64,000 bases of DNA, from positions 1,232 to 65,231 of the forward strand of contig JAEUHD010000228.1 of assembly GCA_016793645.1 (NCBI GenBank). Reading direction: 5' to 3'. Positions 38,012 to 46,883 of the stretch are shown piece by piece. The position numbers and the translations under genes were made by a program. Below the pieces are notes generated by a model that was not told the DNA's origin, did no database searches, and was given only the letters and a program-made list of their open reading frames with translations. Every line of letters starts with the position of its first letter. Position 1 is the first letter of the stretch. This DNA comes from Verrucomicrobiales bacterium (GTDB taxonomy: Bacteria > Verrucomicrobiota > Verrucomicrobiia > Limisphaerales > UBA9464).

Positions 38012-39712
38012 TCAGACAGGCGTGCCCGGCTGCTCGGTCCAGAGAACACGGGCCACCCAGTCGCCGAATCGTTCCGCAGGCGTCCGCTCCGCCGCATACC
38101 GCGTCAACAGCGGCCGCAGCTCGGGAAGGATGTCCGCATCCTTGACCATGTCCTTCCAGATGCGGTTGAGGCGGGTTCCGTTTTCATTGCCACCCAGCCA
38201 GAGCTGGTAGCGGCCGGGAGCCTTCCCGACAAAGCCGATTTCCGCCATGTACGGACGGGCACAGCCGTTTGGACAGCCCGTCATGCGGATCACGATCTCC
38301 TGTCCGGCGAGGCCCACTTCGGTGCACAGCCCCTCGATCCGCGTCAGAAGGTCCGGCAGATAGCGCTCGGACTCGGCGAGCGAAAGCCCGCAGGTGGGCA
38401 GGGCTGGACAGGCAATGGCAGCGGAGTGGAGCACTCCGGCCTGCCGTTCGGTGCGGACCCCGTGTTCGGCCAGCAGCGCCGTGAGGGCCGCCCGGTCGCC
38501 GTCCGCCACATTGGCCAGCAGGACGTTCTGGTTGGCGGAGAGACGGAACTCGACGCCGGGGAACTGTTCCGCCACGCGGCGCAGCGCGGTCTTCATCCGA
38601 TGTTCGCCCGCGTCCTTGATGCGTCCCATGGACACGTAGAGGGTGACGAACCACGAACCATCCAGCGCCCGCTGCCATCCGTAGGTGTCGTTGGTTGTGG
38701 TCAGCGTATAGCGGCGGGGGGATTCCAGTTTGACTCCCGCGCGCTTCTCGACCTCGGCCCGGATAAAATCCGCTCCGCGCTCCTGCACGACGTATTTCAG
38801 CCGCGCATGCTTTCGATCCGTGCGATCGCCGAAGTCGCGGTGAATGGTCAGGACCGCACGGGCCACGTCCACCACACTGTCCTTCGGGAGGAATCCAAGC
38901 TCGGTCGCCAGTCGCGGATAGGTCGCGGCATTGCCGTGGCTGCGTCCCATGCCCCCGCCCACCAGCAGATTGTATCCGACCACCTGCCCGTTCTCGACGA
39001 TGGCCACGAACCCAAGGCAGTTCGCGAACACGTCCATGTCATTCACCGGGGGAATGATGAACGCGGCCTTGAACTTCCGCGGCAGGTACTGGCGTCCGTA
39101 AAGGGGATCGACGAACTCCTTGTTCTCGGGCGAATCCAGGTTGAGCTGCACGCCGTCGATCCAGATGGAGTGGTACGCCTTCGTCTTGGGAAGGAGTGCC
39201 TCGGAAACCCGGCGGGCGTCCTCGTACACCTGTTCCCGCGCCGGCGTACCCGATGGAGTCGGTGCGGACATGACATTGCGGCTCACGTCGCCGCACGCGG
39301 CCAGCGTGTCGAGCATCACCTCATGGATCCCCTTCATCAGGGCTCCCAATCCCGACTTGGCCACACCATGCCACTGGATGCTCTGGCGGGTGGTGACCCG
39401 CAGCGTGTTGTTGCCGTACTTCGAGGACAAATCGTCAAAGGCAATCCATTGGCGGGCGTTCAGGACACCCCCCGGGATCCGCCCCCGGATCATCATGATA
39501 TGAACCTTTCCCTGCTTGCGGACATCCCGGTCGTCCTGCTGGTAGATCCCGTGAAACTTCAAGAACTGTTCGTCATCACCCGAAAAGCTGTCCGCCGCCG
39601 GGTCGGCCAGCGTCGCCGCAATGGTTCCGGCGAGGGTTGGAATCGCGATCTTCAGCAGCTCATTCTTGGTCAGCGGCTTCGTTTCAGCAGGGCTTGTGGC
39701 AGTGGCGGACAT
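38012..39712 (-). CDS. cysI: Sulfite reductase hemoprotein (siroheme/[4Fe-4S]; CysI/Sir type)
   Basis: ATG at 39712. FKFHGIYQQDDRD. Cluster/siroheme Cys motifs ACPALPTCGLSLAESER and MTGCPNGCARPYMAEIGFVG. Confidence 0.9.
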   Translation of the reverse strand: MSATATSPAETKPLTKNELLKIAIPTLAGTIAATLADPAADSFSGDDEQFLKFHGIYQQDDRDVRKQGKVHIMMIRGRIPGGVLNARQWIAFDDLSSKYGNNTLRVTTRQSIQWHGVAKSGLGALMKGIHEVMLDTLAACGDVSRNVMSAPTPSGTPAREQVYEDARRVSEALLPKTKAYHSIWIDGVQLNLDSPENKEFVDPLYGRQYLPRKFKAAFIIPPVNDMDVFANCLGFVAIVENGQVVGYNLLVGGGMGRSHGNAATYPRLATELGFLPKDSVVDVARAVLTIHRDFGDRTDRKHARLKYVVQERGADFIRAEVEKRAGVKLESPRRYTLTTTNDTYGWQRALDGSWFVTLYVSMGRIKDAGEHRMKTALRRVAEQFPGVEFRLSANQNVLLANVADGDRAALTALLAEHGVRTERQAGVLHSAAIACPALPTCGLSLAESERYLPDLLTRIEGLCTEVGLAGQEIVIRMTGCPNGCARPYMAEIGFVGKAPGRYQLWLGGNENGTRLNRIWKDMVKDADILPELRPLLTRYAAERTPAERFGDWVARVLWTEQPGTPV

Positions 39713-39931
39713 ATCTTCAGTTTCCCGATCAGGTTTGAAATTATGATCGAATTCCAGAGGGAGTCCAAGACGAATCCGCGGAAGGATGGGACACCGGGGG
39801 ATCCCCATTGCCTTTCGGGCCATTCGCGGCGGGGCGCGCCCTCCAGGGCGGAGCACCGTGTGATCGCTTGCACGTCGGGGGCATTGCCGTAGCCTTGCCG
39901 GACTGTTCGACACGGTTTCTCACCGCAGGCC

Positions 39932-41191
39932 ATGAGCGTTCCCGCCAAGACATACTATCTCGACAATAATGCCACGACCCGGATTGCCCCTGAGGTGTTC
40001 GAGGCCATGGTGCCTTTCCTGACCGAGTTCTGGGGAAATCCGTCCAGTGCCTACGGCTTTGGATCCCAGGTTCACAAGCACGTGGAACGGGCTCGCGAAC
40101 AGGTCGCGGCGCTGGTCGGGGCCGATCCCAAGGAAGTCACCTTTACGAGTTGCGGGACCGAGTCCAACAACACCGCCATCCACAGTGCGTTGGTGACCAC
40201 CGGGAAACGGCACGTCATCACGACCGCGGTGGAACACAGCGCCAACATCAATTTCGGGGAGCATCTCCAGAAGATGGGATTTGAGGTCACCTATCTTCCC
40301 GTGGAAGGGGACGGATCGCTGGATCTGCATCGTCTGGAGCAGGCCATTCGACCCGACACCGCCATTGTCTCGGCCATGTGGGCCAACAACGAGACCGGTG
40401 TCCTCTTCCCGATCGAGGAAATCGCGGCGATCTGCCGAAGCCGGGGTGTGCTGTGTCACACGGACGCGGTCCAGACCCCCGGAAAGCTCAAGATCGACGT
40501 CAAGAGCCTTGGCGTGGATTTCCTGTCCCTCAGCGCCCACAAGCTTCACGCCCCCAAGGGGATCGGGATGCTATACATCAAGCGCCGGACCAAGTTCGCT
40601 CCGTATCTCATCGGGGGGCATCAGGAGCGCGGGCGCCGCGGGGGCACGGAGAACGTGGCGAACATCGTCGGCTTCGGGCGCGCCGCGGAACTCGCCGGGG
40701 CGTCCTTGTCGGAGGAGAATTCCCGGGTCCGCGGACTCAGGGACCGTCTGGAGAACCACATCCTAAGCCACATTCCAAACACCGTCCGCAATGGCGCCAA
40801 GGAACCGCGCCTGCCCAACACCACCAACATCGCCTTTGATTTTGTCGAGGCCGAGGCGGTGCTGATGATGCTGGACCTGGTGGGCATCTGCGCCAGTTCC
40901 GGCAGTGCCTGTACCACGGGTTCCCTGGATCCCTCCCACGTGCTGAGCGCGATGGGGGTGAAACCGATGCGCGCCCGCGGATCGGTCCGGTTCAGCCTCG
41001 GAATCTACAACACCGACGACGACGTCGACTACGTGCTCAAGCACCTGCCCCCGATCATCGAGAAGCTCCGCAGCATCTCGCCCTTGAATCCGGAACATCC
41101 GGACAACGAGGCCTATGACATCGCCGGGGCACGCGCCAAGCACGAGCAGGATCTGGCGATCGCCAAGGCGAACGAAGTCGTCCAGGCCTGA
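39932..41191 (+). CDS. Cysteine desulfurase (NifS/IscS class I)
   Basis: YLDNNATT, PLP-Lys region SLSAHKLHAPKGIG, active-site loop ASSGSACTTGSLDPSHVL. Confidence 0.9.
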   Translation: MSVPAKTYYLDNNATTRIAPEVFEAMVPFLTEFWGNPSSAYGFGSQVHKHVERAREQVAALVGADPKEVTFTSCGTESNNTAIHSALVTTGKRHVITTAVEHSANINFGEHLQKMGFEVTYLPVEGDGSLDLHRLEQAIRPDTAIVSAMWANNETGVLFPIEEIAAICRSRGVLCHTDAVQTPGKLKIDVKSLGVDFLSLSAHKLHAPKGIGMLYIKRRTKFAPYLIGGHQERGRRGGTENVANIVGFGRAAELAGASLSEENSRVRGLRDRLENHILSHIPNTVRNGAKEPRLPNTTNIAFDFVEAEAVLMMLDLVGICASSGSACTTGSLDPSHVLSAMGVKPMRARGSVRFSLGIYNTDDDVDYVLKHLPPIIEKLRSISPLNPEHPDNEAYDIAGARAKHEQDLAIAKANEVVQA

Positions 41192-41218
41192 ACGGATTCG
41201 CGGCCGGCCCGGACGAAA

Positions 41219-41809
41219 TCAGACCGGCCGGGTGTGGTGGCGGATGTCCACCGCCTCCATTCCCGCGGCTTGGATCGCCTGGATCCCCAAGTCGGTGTCC
41301 TCATAGGCGCGGCACCACCGGGGCTCCACCCCCAGACGCCGGGCGGCTTCGAGGAAAATGTCCGGCGCCGGCTTCTGATTCACCACATCCTCGTTGGTCA
41401 CCACCGCCCCAAACCAGTCGAGGATGTCCAGATGGCGCAACACCCGGTGGATCGCATGGCGGGATCCGCCGCTGGCGACCGCCATGGGAATCCTGCCGCG
41501 GTGCTCGCGGGCAATGGACACCACCTCCTCGACGGGACCGATGTGCGAAAACCTTCGGAAGTATGCCTCCTCCTTTTCCCCGGCGAAGCGAAGGGGGTCA
41601 ATGTCGGTGCGCCCCTGCTCCGCGGCGAGCATCCGGACGATGTCCCGGGTCGGGACTCCGCCCAACGCGTAGAAGCGGTCCTCGGGAAACGTCAACCCGT
41701 GCCGCGTCGTCACTTCCTTCCAGGCCTCCCAATGCACCGGCATGGTGTGGGCCAGGGTGCCGTCGCAGTCGAAGATCAGGGCGCGGGGAAACGTCGGTTC
41801 GGAACTCAT
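41219..41809 (-). CDS. HAD-superfamily hydrolase (beta-phosphoglucomutase-like subfamily IA)
   Basis: ALIFDCDGTLAHT (DxDxT), VASGGSR, AYEDTDLGIQAIQAAGM. Confidence 0.8.
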   Translation of the reverse strand: MSSEPTFPRALIFDCDGTLAHTMPVHWEAWKEVTTRHGLTFPEDRFYALGGVPTRDIVRMLAAEQGRTDIDPLRFAGEKEEAYFRRFSHIGPVEEVVSIAREHRGRIPMAVASGGSRHAIHRVLRHLDILDWFGAVVTNEDVVNQKPAPDIFLEAARRLGVEPRWCRAYEDTDLGIQAIQAAGMEAVDIRHHTRPV

Positions 41810-41834
41810 GGCAGGAGGGTGTGGATGACGGGAC

Positions 41835-42911
41835 TCAACGCAGTTCCTCCAGCTTGCGCCGCAGGGAATCGGCCATCAACGGCCCGATCAGCGGATCCAG
41901 ATCGCCATCCATCACCGCGCTCAGATTATACAGGGTGAGATCAATTCGATGGTCGGTCACCCGGTTCTGCGGAAAGTTGTAGGTGCGGCTCTTCTCACTG
42001 CGCTCGCCGGTTCCCACCTGGGATTTCCGCTCCGCCGCATAGCGGGCGTTCTCCTCGGCCACCTTGCGCTCCAACAGTCGGGACCGGAGCACCGTCAGCG
42101 CCTGAGCCTTGTTCTTCTGCTGGGAACGTCCGTCCTGACATCGGACCTCGATCCCGGACGGGCGATGGAAGACGCGCACCGCCGAGTCGGTCGTATTGAC
42201 TCCCTGCCCGCCATGCCCCGAGGCGCGGCATACGTTGATCTCGAGATCCTCGGGCTTGATGACGATATCGACCTCGGCCGCCTCCGGCAGCACGGCCACG
42301 GTCACCGTGCTGGTATGAATCCTTCCCTGGGCCTCCGTCGCGGGAACCCGCTGCACGCGGTGAACCCCCGACTCGTACTTGAGGCGCTTGAAAACGTCGC
42401 GTCCGGTGACGCTGACCACCGCCTCCTTGCATCCGCCCAGGTCCGAGGGACTGAGGTCCAGCACCTCAAACTTCCAACCCTGCTGCTCCGCGTACCGCTG
42501 GTACATCCGGAGCAGATCGGCGGCAAAAAGCGCGCTCTCATCCCCCCCCGCGGCACCGCGCAGTTCCAGGATCGAGTTTCGTGAATCGGCCGGACTGGGT
42601 GGCAGGATGCCTTCCTGCACCTGCGCTTCCAACCGCGCCAGTTCGGGTTCCAGCCGGGCAATCTCCTCGGAGGCCATCAGGGCCATTTCGGAACCGGCCG
42701 GTTCGCCCTCGCGCAGGGCCCGGTTGTCGGCCAGTTCGGACACCGTGCGCAGGTAGGCATCCCCCGTTTCCACCAACTCCCGAAGTCGCGCGTGTTCCCG
42801 GGTCAGCTCCTGACCGCGCTGGGCGTTGGCAAAGGCGTCCGGCGCGCTGAGCTGGGCCTCCACTTCGGCAAAGCGCTCGCGAAACCGTTGGATGAACGGG
42901 GTCAATTCCAT
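41835..42911 (-). CDS. prfA: Peptide chain release factor 1
   Basis: ATG at 42911. PATEAQGRIHTS (PxT-type), GGQ motif ASGHGGQGVNTTDSAVR. Confidence 0.93.
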   Translation of the reverse strand: MELTPFIQRFRERFAEVEAQLSAPDAFANAQRGQELTREHARLRELVETGDAYLRTVSELADNRALREGEPAGSEMALMASEEIARLEPELARLEAQVQEGILPPSPADSRNSILELRGAAGGDESALFAADLLRMYQRYAEQQGWKFEVLDLSPSDLGGCKEAVVSVTGRDVFKRLKYESGVHRVQRVPATEAQGRIHTSTVTVAVLPEAAEVDIVIKPEDLEINVCRASGHGGQGVNTTDSAVRVFHRPSGIEVRCQDGRSQQKNKAQALTVLRSRLLERKVAEENARYAAERKSQVGTGERSEKSRTYNFPQNRVTDHRIDLTLYNLSAVMDGDLDPLIGPLMADSLRRKLEELR

Positions 42912-42941
42912 GCCGTTGGGAACGCTTCCCGCGCCGGGCCC

Positions 42942-42990
42942 GCCCAAAACAAAACCGCCCGGCGACTGGACATCCAGTCGGCGGGCGGTT
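42942..42990 (-). terminator. Hairpin plus U-tract downstream of rpmE (minus strand), upstream of prfA
   Basis: Plus strand AACCGCCCGGCGACTGGA-CA-TCCAGTCGGCGGGCGGTT (one mismatch). On the minus strand it is followed by TTTTGTTTTGGG. Confidence 0.5.
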
Positions 42991-43004
42991 GTTTCGGCGG
43001 AACG

Positions 43005-43301
43005 CTACTTCTTCTTCCTGGGAGCCACCGCGGCCTTGGCCGCCTGCATCTCCGCGGTCTTCGCAGCGCGCTGCTGGAACTTGTCCACGCGGCCGGCGGT
43101 ATCGACGAACTTCTGCTGGCCGGTGTAGAACGGATGCGTAAAGCCGCTGATGCCCATCAGGTACAGCGGATATTCCTGGCCGTCCTCCCACTTCGCGGTC
43201 AGGGCGGTGCTGGCGCAGGACCGGGTCAGGAACGACTGCCCGGAGGCGGAATCCCTGAAAATCATCAACCGGTAATTCTTCGGATGCGTGTCTGCCTTCA
43301 T
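43005..43301 (-). CDS. rpmE: 50S ribosomal protein L31, type B (no Zn-ribbon cysteines)
   Basis: MKADTHPKNYRLMIFRDSASGQSFLTRS...THPFYTGQQKFVDTAGRVDKFQQR. Confidence 0.9.
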   Translation of the reverse strand: MKADTHPKNYRLMIFRDSASGQSFLTRSCASTALTAKWEDGQEYPLYLMGISGFTHPFYTGQQKFVDTAGRVDKFQQRAAKTAEMQAAKAAVAPRKKK

Positions 43302-43442
43302 AAACGGAGCGCGGACGCTACCAATGAAACCCGGTGTGACAAGCTGGATTTTGAATCAACTCGCCCGCCGGGGCGGAATCCGCAGCAACGGATTGCCCCA
43401 GTCCCGGTTGCCTTGAGTCCCGGTTTGGAGCATGAAGAGCCC

Positions 43443-45356
43443 ATGCCATCCCGCCTCCGGTCCGATGCCCTCGCGGTCGTCGTGGGGTTCATCGCCGTGG
43501 TCGCCGGTTGCTCCCGATCCGATCCGGCCCCCCCGGTCCCGACTCCCGGCGCCGGTTCGGCCGTCGGGACACCCCAATCGGACGACCTCGCCTTTCGGGA
43601 CAGCATTCCCCGTCAGGGTGGCCCCGAGGGCTACGCCGGGTCGGAGTCCTGCAAGCCCTGCCATGCGGACCAGTTCAACAGCTGGCACCGGACCTTCCAC
43701 AGGTCCATGACGCAGTATGCGACACCGGAAACGGTGAAGGCCGATTTCAATGGGGTTGTCCTGACCAATGACCAGACCCAGTTCCACCTGTCCCGGGACG
43801 GTGAGGAATTGCGCGTCCGGATGGAGAAATCCCCCAAGCCGGGTGCCTCGGACGATCCACCCGCGATGCTGGACACCCGGATCAGCCTCGTCACGGGGTC
43901 CCACCACATGCAGGTCTTCTGGGTTCCGGGCGGCTCCGGCAACACCCAGATCGGATTTCCCTTCACCTGGCTTATTCCCGAGGGACGCTGGGTCCCGAGG
44001 GACACCACGTTCCTGCGTCCCCCGGGGCTCAGCCGTTCCCCGGAGGTCTGGAACGTGATGTGCAGCCGTTGTCATGCGACCGCCATTGAGCCTAGGGTTG
44101 ATGCGGCCCGGCACGTCATGGACAGCCGTGCGGCGGAACTGGGGATCTCCTGCGAGGCCTGCCACGGTCCCGGCCAGCGCCATGTTGCCGCGCGCGAGGC
44201 CACAGGGCGGACCGGGCCGAAACCGGATGCCGCCACCCTGCACGCCGAGATCCTGCAACCCGAGACGATGGATCCGGTGAGGGCATCGGAGACCTGCGGA
44301 TTCTGCCATTCCATGAAGTGGATCGATCGTTCGGAGGCGTGGCGGGACAAGGGATTCCGGTTTCGTCCGGGCGATTCCCTCGAGGACACCACTCCGCTCA
44401 TTCAACCGTCCAAGGCCGCCCAAATTCCCGGACTGCGGGAATACCTGGAGCGGAATCCGACCCTGCTCGCGGACTTCTTCTGGAGCGACGGCATGGGCCG
44501 GGTCAGCGGACGCGAGTACAACAGCCTCGTCCAATCCCCCTGCTTCAAGGGGGGGAAGTTTTCGTGCCTCTCCTGTCATTCGTTGCATGACAGTGATCCC
44601 AACGACCTTCTCGCGAGAAACCGGGGGGACAATCGCGCCTGCACCCAATGCCACGAACGCTTCACGGATCCCGGCGCGTTGCAGCAGCATACCCATCACC
44701 GGACGACCTCGAGCGGCAGCGAGTGCTACAATTGTCACATGCCGCACACGACCTATGGCGTGTTGACGGCCATTCGGAGCCATCAGATCAGCAGTCCCCG
44801 GGTGTCGGATGAGCTGGCCACCGGCCGTCCCAACGCCTGCAACCTCTGCCATCTCGACAAGACCCTGGAGTGGACGGCGACCCACCTCTCCGAATGGTTC
44901 CACCAGCCGGTTCCCGGGTTTTCGCCATCCCAGCGAACCGTCGCGGACGGTGTCCGACTGGCCCTGGCGGGGGATGCGGGACAACGGGTGTTGCTGGCAT
45001 GGCACTTCGGATGGGAACCAGCCCGCATCACCTCCGGAAGCGGCTGGATTCCCCCCATGCTCGGAATCCTGATGGACGACCCCTACGCTGCAATTCGGTG
45101 CGTCGCGTCACGGTCCCTTCGATCCACCTCGCGATTGGAACCGCCGGGCTACGATTACGTGACCGACCCTGAAGCCCGTCCGGACGCCTGGGAGCAGGTG
45201 TGGGGCGAATGGTACCAGGGACTCCGCAGGGAGACTCCCACCCCAACCTTTCCCGAAGCGGTGCTCGTCAAGCCGGTGCCGGCGTCCGAAATGGAGTCCC
45301 TCCTGGGACCCCTTCTTCAGACCAGGGACAATCGCCCCATTCGACTCAGGGAGTAA
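43443..45356 (+). CDS. Octaheme c-type cytochrome lipoprotein with HEAT-like C-terminal region
   Basis: ATG at 43443. Lipobox VVAGCSRS. Eight CxxCH motifs: CKPCH, CSRCH, CEACH, CGFCH, CLSCH, CTQCH, CYNCH, CNLCH. C-terminal helical repeats (DPYAAIRCVASRSLRS). Confidence 0.8.
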   Translation: MPSRLRSDALAVVVGFIAVVAGCSRSDPAPPVPTPGAGSAVGTPQSDDLAFRDSIPRQGGPEGYAGSESCKPCHADQFNSWHRTFHRSMTQYATPETVKADFNGVVLTNDQTQFHLSRDGEELRVRMEKSPKPGASDDPPAMLDTRISLVTGSHHMQVFWVPGGSGNTQIGFPFTWLIPEGRWVPRDTTFLRPPGLSRSPEVWNVMCSRCHATAIEPRVDAARHVMDSRAAELGISCEACHGPGQRHVAAREATGRTGPKPDAATLHAEILQPETMDPVRASETCGFCHSMKWIDRSEAWRDKGFRFRPGDSLEDTTPLIQPSKAAQIPGLREYLERNPTLLADFFWSDGMGRVSGREYNSLVQSPCFKGGKFSCLSCHSLHDSDPNDLLARNRGDNRACTQCHERFTDPGALQQHTHHRTTSSGSECYNCHMPHTTYGVLTAIRSHQISSPRVSDELATGRPNACNLCHLDKTLEWTATHLSEWFHQPVPGFSPSQRTVADGVRLALAGDAGQRVLLAWHFGWEPARITSGSGWIPPMLGILMDDPYAAIRCVASRSLRSTSRLEPPGYDYVTDPEARPDAWEQVWGEWYQGLRRETPTPTFPEAVLVKPVPASEMESLLGPLLQTRDNRPIRLRE

Positions 45357-45433
45357 TTGGAATCTCAGGGGCCGTCGGACCGGGTCGTGGGGGGTTTTCT
45401 GGGGCCCTTGGGATGGACACCTCAAAACACAAA

Positions 45434-45459
45434 GGGCACCTGCCTCGCGGCAGGTGCCC
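45434..45459. terminator. Perfect 11-bp hairpin between convergent genes (bidirectional terminator candidate)
   Basis: GGGCACCTGCC-TCGC-GGCAGGTGCCC, flanked by AAA (5') and TT (3'). Lies between the cytochrome stop (45356) and the lipoprotein stop (45482). Confidence 0.6.
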
Positions 45460-45481
45460 TTGGAATGGTGTTCCGATTCGA

Positions 45482-45805
45482 TCAGCGACCCCGTTCCATC
45501 ATTCCGATGGCCCGGTACGCATCCCTTGCACTCTCATTCTCATTGGTCATGAGATTGTCGACCACCTTGGAGCGGAGGCGGGCGTACTCCGCCATGTCCT
45601 TCTCGGAAAGCGACCCCTTCAGGGCCATCAAACCGGAGACGGTGTTCTCGTAGTCTCCCTTTGACAGGGACTCGAGAACCTTGGACGCCCCCGGCAGGGT
45701 AAACGGCTTGTTGGCGTATTCCTCGGCACTCCGGTCCTTGCATCCCACGCCCATCAACACGGGCAGGATGCAGGCGAGAATGCGCAGACGGTGCGTAAAG
45801 GACAT
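45482..45805 (-). CDS. Small helical lipoprotein, function unknown
   Basis: ATG at 45805. MSFTHRLRILACILPVLMGVGCKD lipoprotein signal. K/E-rich 107-aa product. Confidence 0.55.
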   Translation of the reverse strand: MSFTHRLRILACILPVLMGVGCKDRSAEEYANKPFTLPGASKVLESLSKGDYENTVSGLMALKGSLSEKDMAEYARLRSKVVDNLMTNENESARDAYRAIGMMERGR

Positions 45806-45836
45806 GCGTGGGCCGGTTGGGAGAATGGGATCGTAA

Positions 45837-46715
45837 TTACTTCTGGTAGGCCGGTCCATTGAGCAGTTCGTTGGGCCTCGGGAACTTCTTCGCATCGTTG
45901 AAGTCGTTGAACAGCTTCAACTTGATGAAGGCCGCGGTGCCGCCAAAGCGACCCACCATCGCGCCACCACCCTTGTCACCCGTCTTGGTGGCATCCTTGT
46001 AGTTTCCGCCGCCGGCATGCCGCTGGGAAACACCCTCGCCCGCGGCTTCAGGATTGTTGCCCGCGTCGTTGAAGAAGAATCCGTCGGTTTCGTTCTGCTC
46101 CCAAAGCTGGATGTCCAGCGGCAGAAAATCCGACGTTTTATACGTCTTGCCGCCCAAATCCTTGGCCTTGGGGCCGGTGTAACCGGCAACCGTTCCGTTC
46201 CAGCAGTAAGACGTGACCTTCACCGGACGGGCGAGCCACCACTTCTTCTGCAATCCGGAACCGCGCAAGGCGACATCCTTCGGGCATTCCAGGACCTTGA
46301 CGGTCGTCAGGAAGGGGCCGAGCTGTCCGATGCGGAAAAAGCCCATCTGATTGCTGTACTTCACGGAATCCTTGTCCGCACCCACGCAACTCGGCGGCAC
46401 ATTGGGTCCGCCCGGCCAGCGTCCATTGTTCTTGGTCGCGTACGCCCAGCAGTCCGGGCCGGTCAGGTCTGTTCCCCAACCCGGATGCGCGAGATAATCA
46501 TTGTTATCCGTCGCATACATGTGGCTGGAAAGCAGGACCTGCTTGACGTTGTTGATATCCACCGCCAGCAGGGCGCGGTCCTTGGCCCGACCCAGGGCGG
46601 GAAGAAGCATTCCCGCGAGAATGGCGATGATGGCAATAACGACGAGCAGCTCAATCAGCGTGAATGCGCGCCGGCCGCGTGCGTCTGTAGCACAGAGGAA
46701 TTTTGACGTAATCAT
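45837..46715 (-). CDS. Prepilin-type N-terminal cleavage/methylation domain protein (PVC DUF1559-like pseudopilin)
   Basis: ATG at 46715. [34 protein letters not shown]. Confidence 0.8.
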   Translation of the reverse strand: MITSKFLCATDARGRRAFTLIELLVVIAIIAILAGMLLPALGRAKDRALLAVDINNVKQVLLSSHMYATDNNDYLAHPGWGTDLTGPDCWAYATKNNGRWPGGPNVPPSCVGADKDSVKYSNQMGFFRIGQLGPFLTTVKVLECPKDVALRGSGLQKKWWLARPVKVTSYCWNGTVAGYTGPKAKDLGGKTYKTSDFLPLDIQLWEQNETDGFFFNDAGNNPEAAGEGVSQRHAGGGNYKDATKTGDKGGGAMVGRFGGTAAFIKLKLFNDFNDAKKFPRPNELLNGPAYQK

Positions 46716-46883
46716 AGAGAGCCGTTGTGGAATGCAGGCACTCTTGAGCAACTGTGTGACCTTTGTCAAACGCACACTTTGGGTGGCTTAGGGGGCGCCT
46801 CTGGACACGGCCCCGGTCGTAGTCCCGCCTTCAGGCGGTTCCGGCATGAACGCAGGCCGTCAACGGCTGCCGCACCCCGGGTC

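Noticed and set aside
39713-39931. The 219-bp divergent spacer between the sulfite-reductase operon and the cysteine desulfurase gene, inspected for a riboswitch or an obvious operator palindrome (AT-rich TTGAAATTATGATCGAATTCC).
   Set aside because: I could not recognise a SAM, SAH or other riboswitch core, or a convincing inverted repeat, by eye. A covariance-model scan (Rfam) would be needed.
46716-46883. A possible promoter (TTGACA on the minus strand about 46760-46775) and a short CCGCC-TTCA-GGCGG hairpin between the PhoH-like and pseudopilin genes.
   Set aside because: The -10 element at the proper spacing is poor (CAAGAG). The hairpin is only 5 bp with no U-tract. This is not enough support to report as features.
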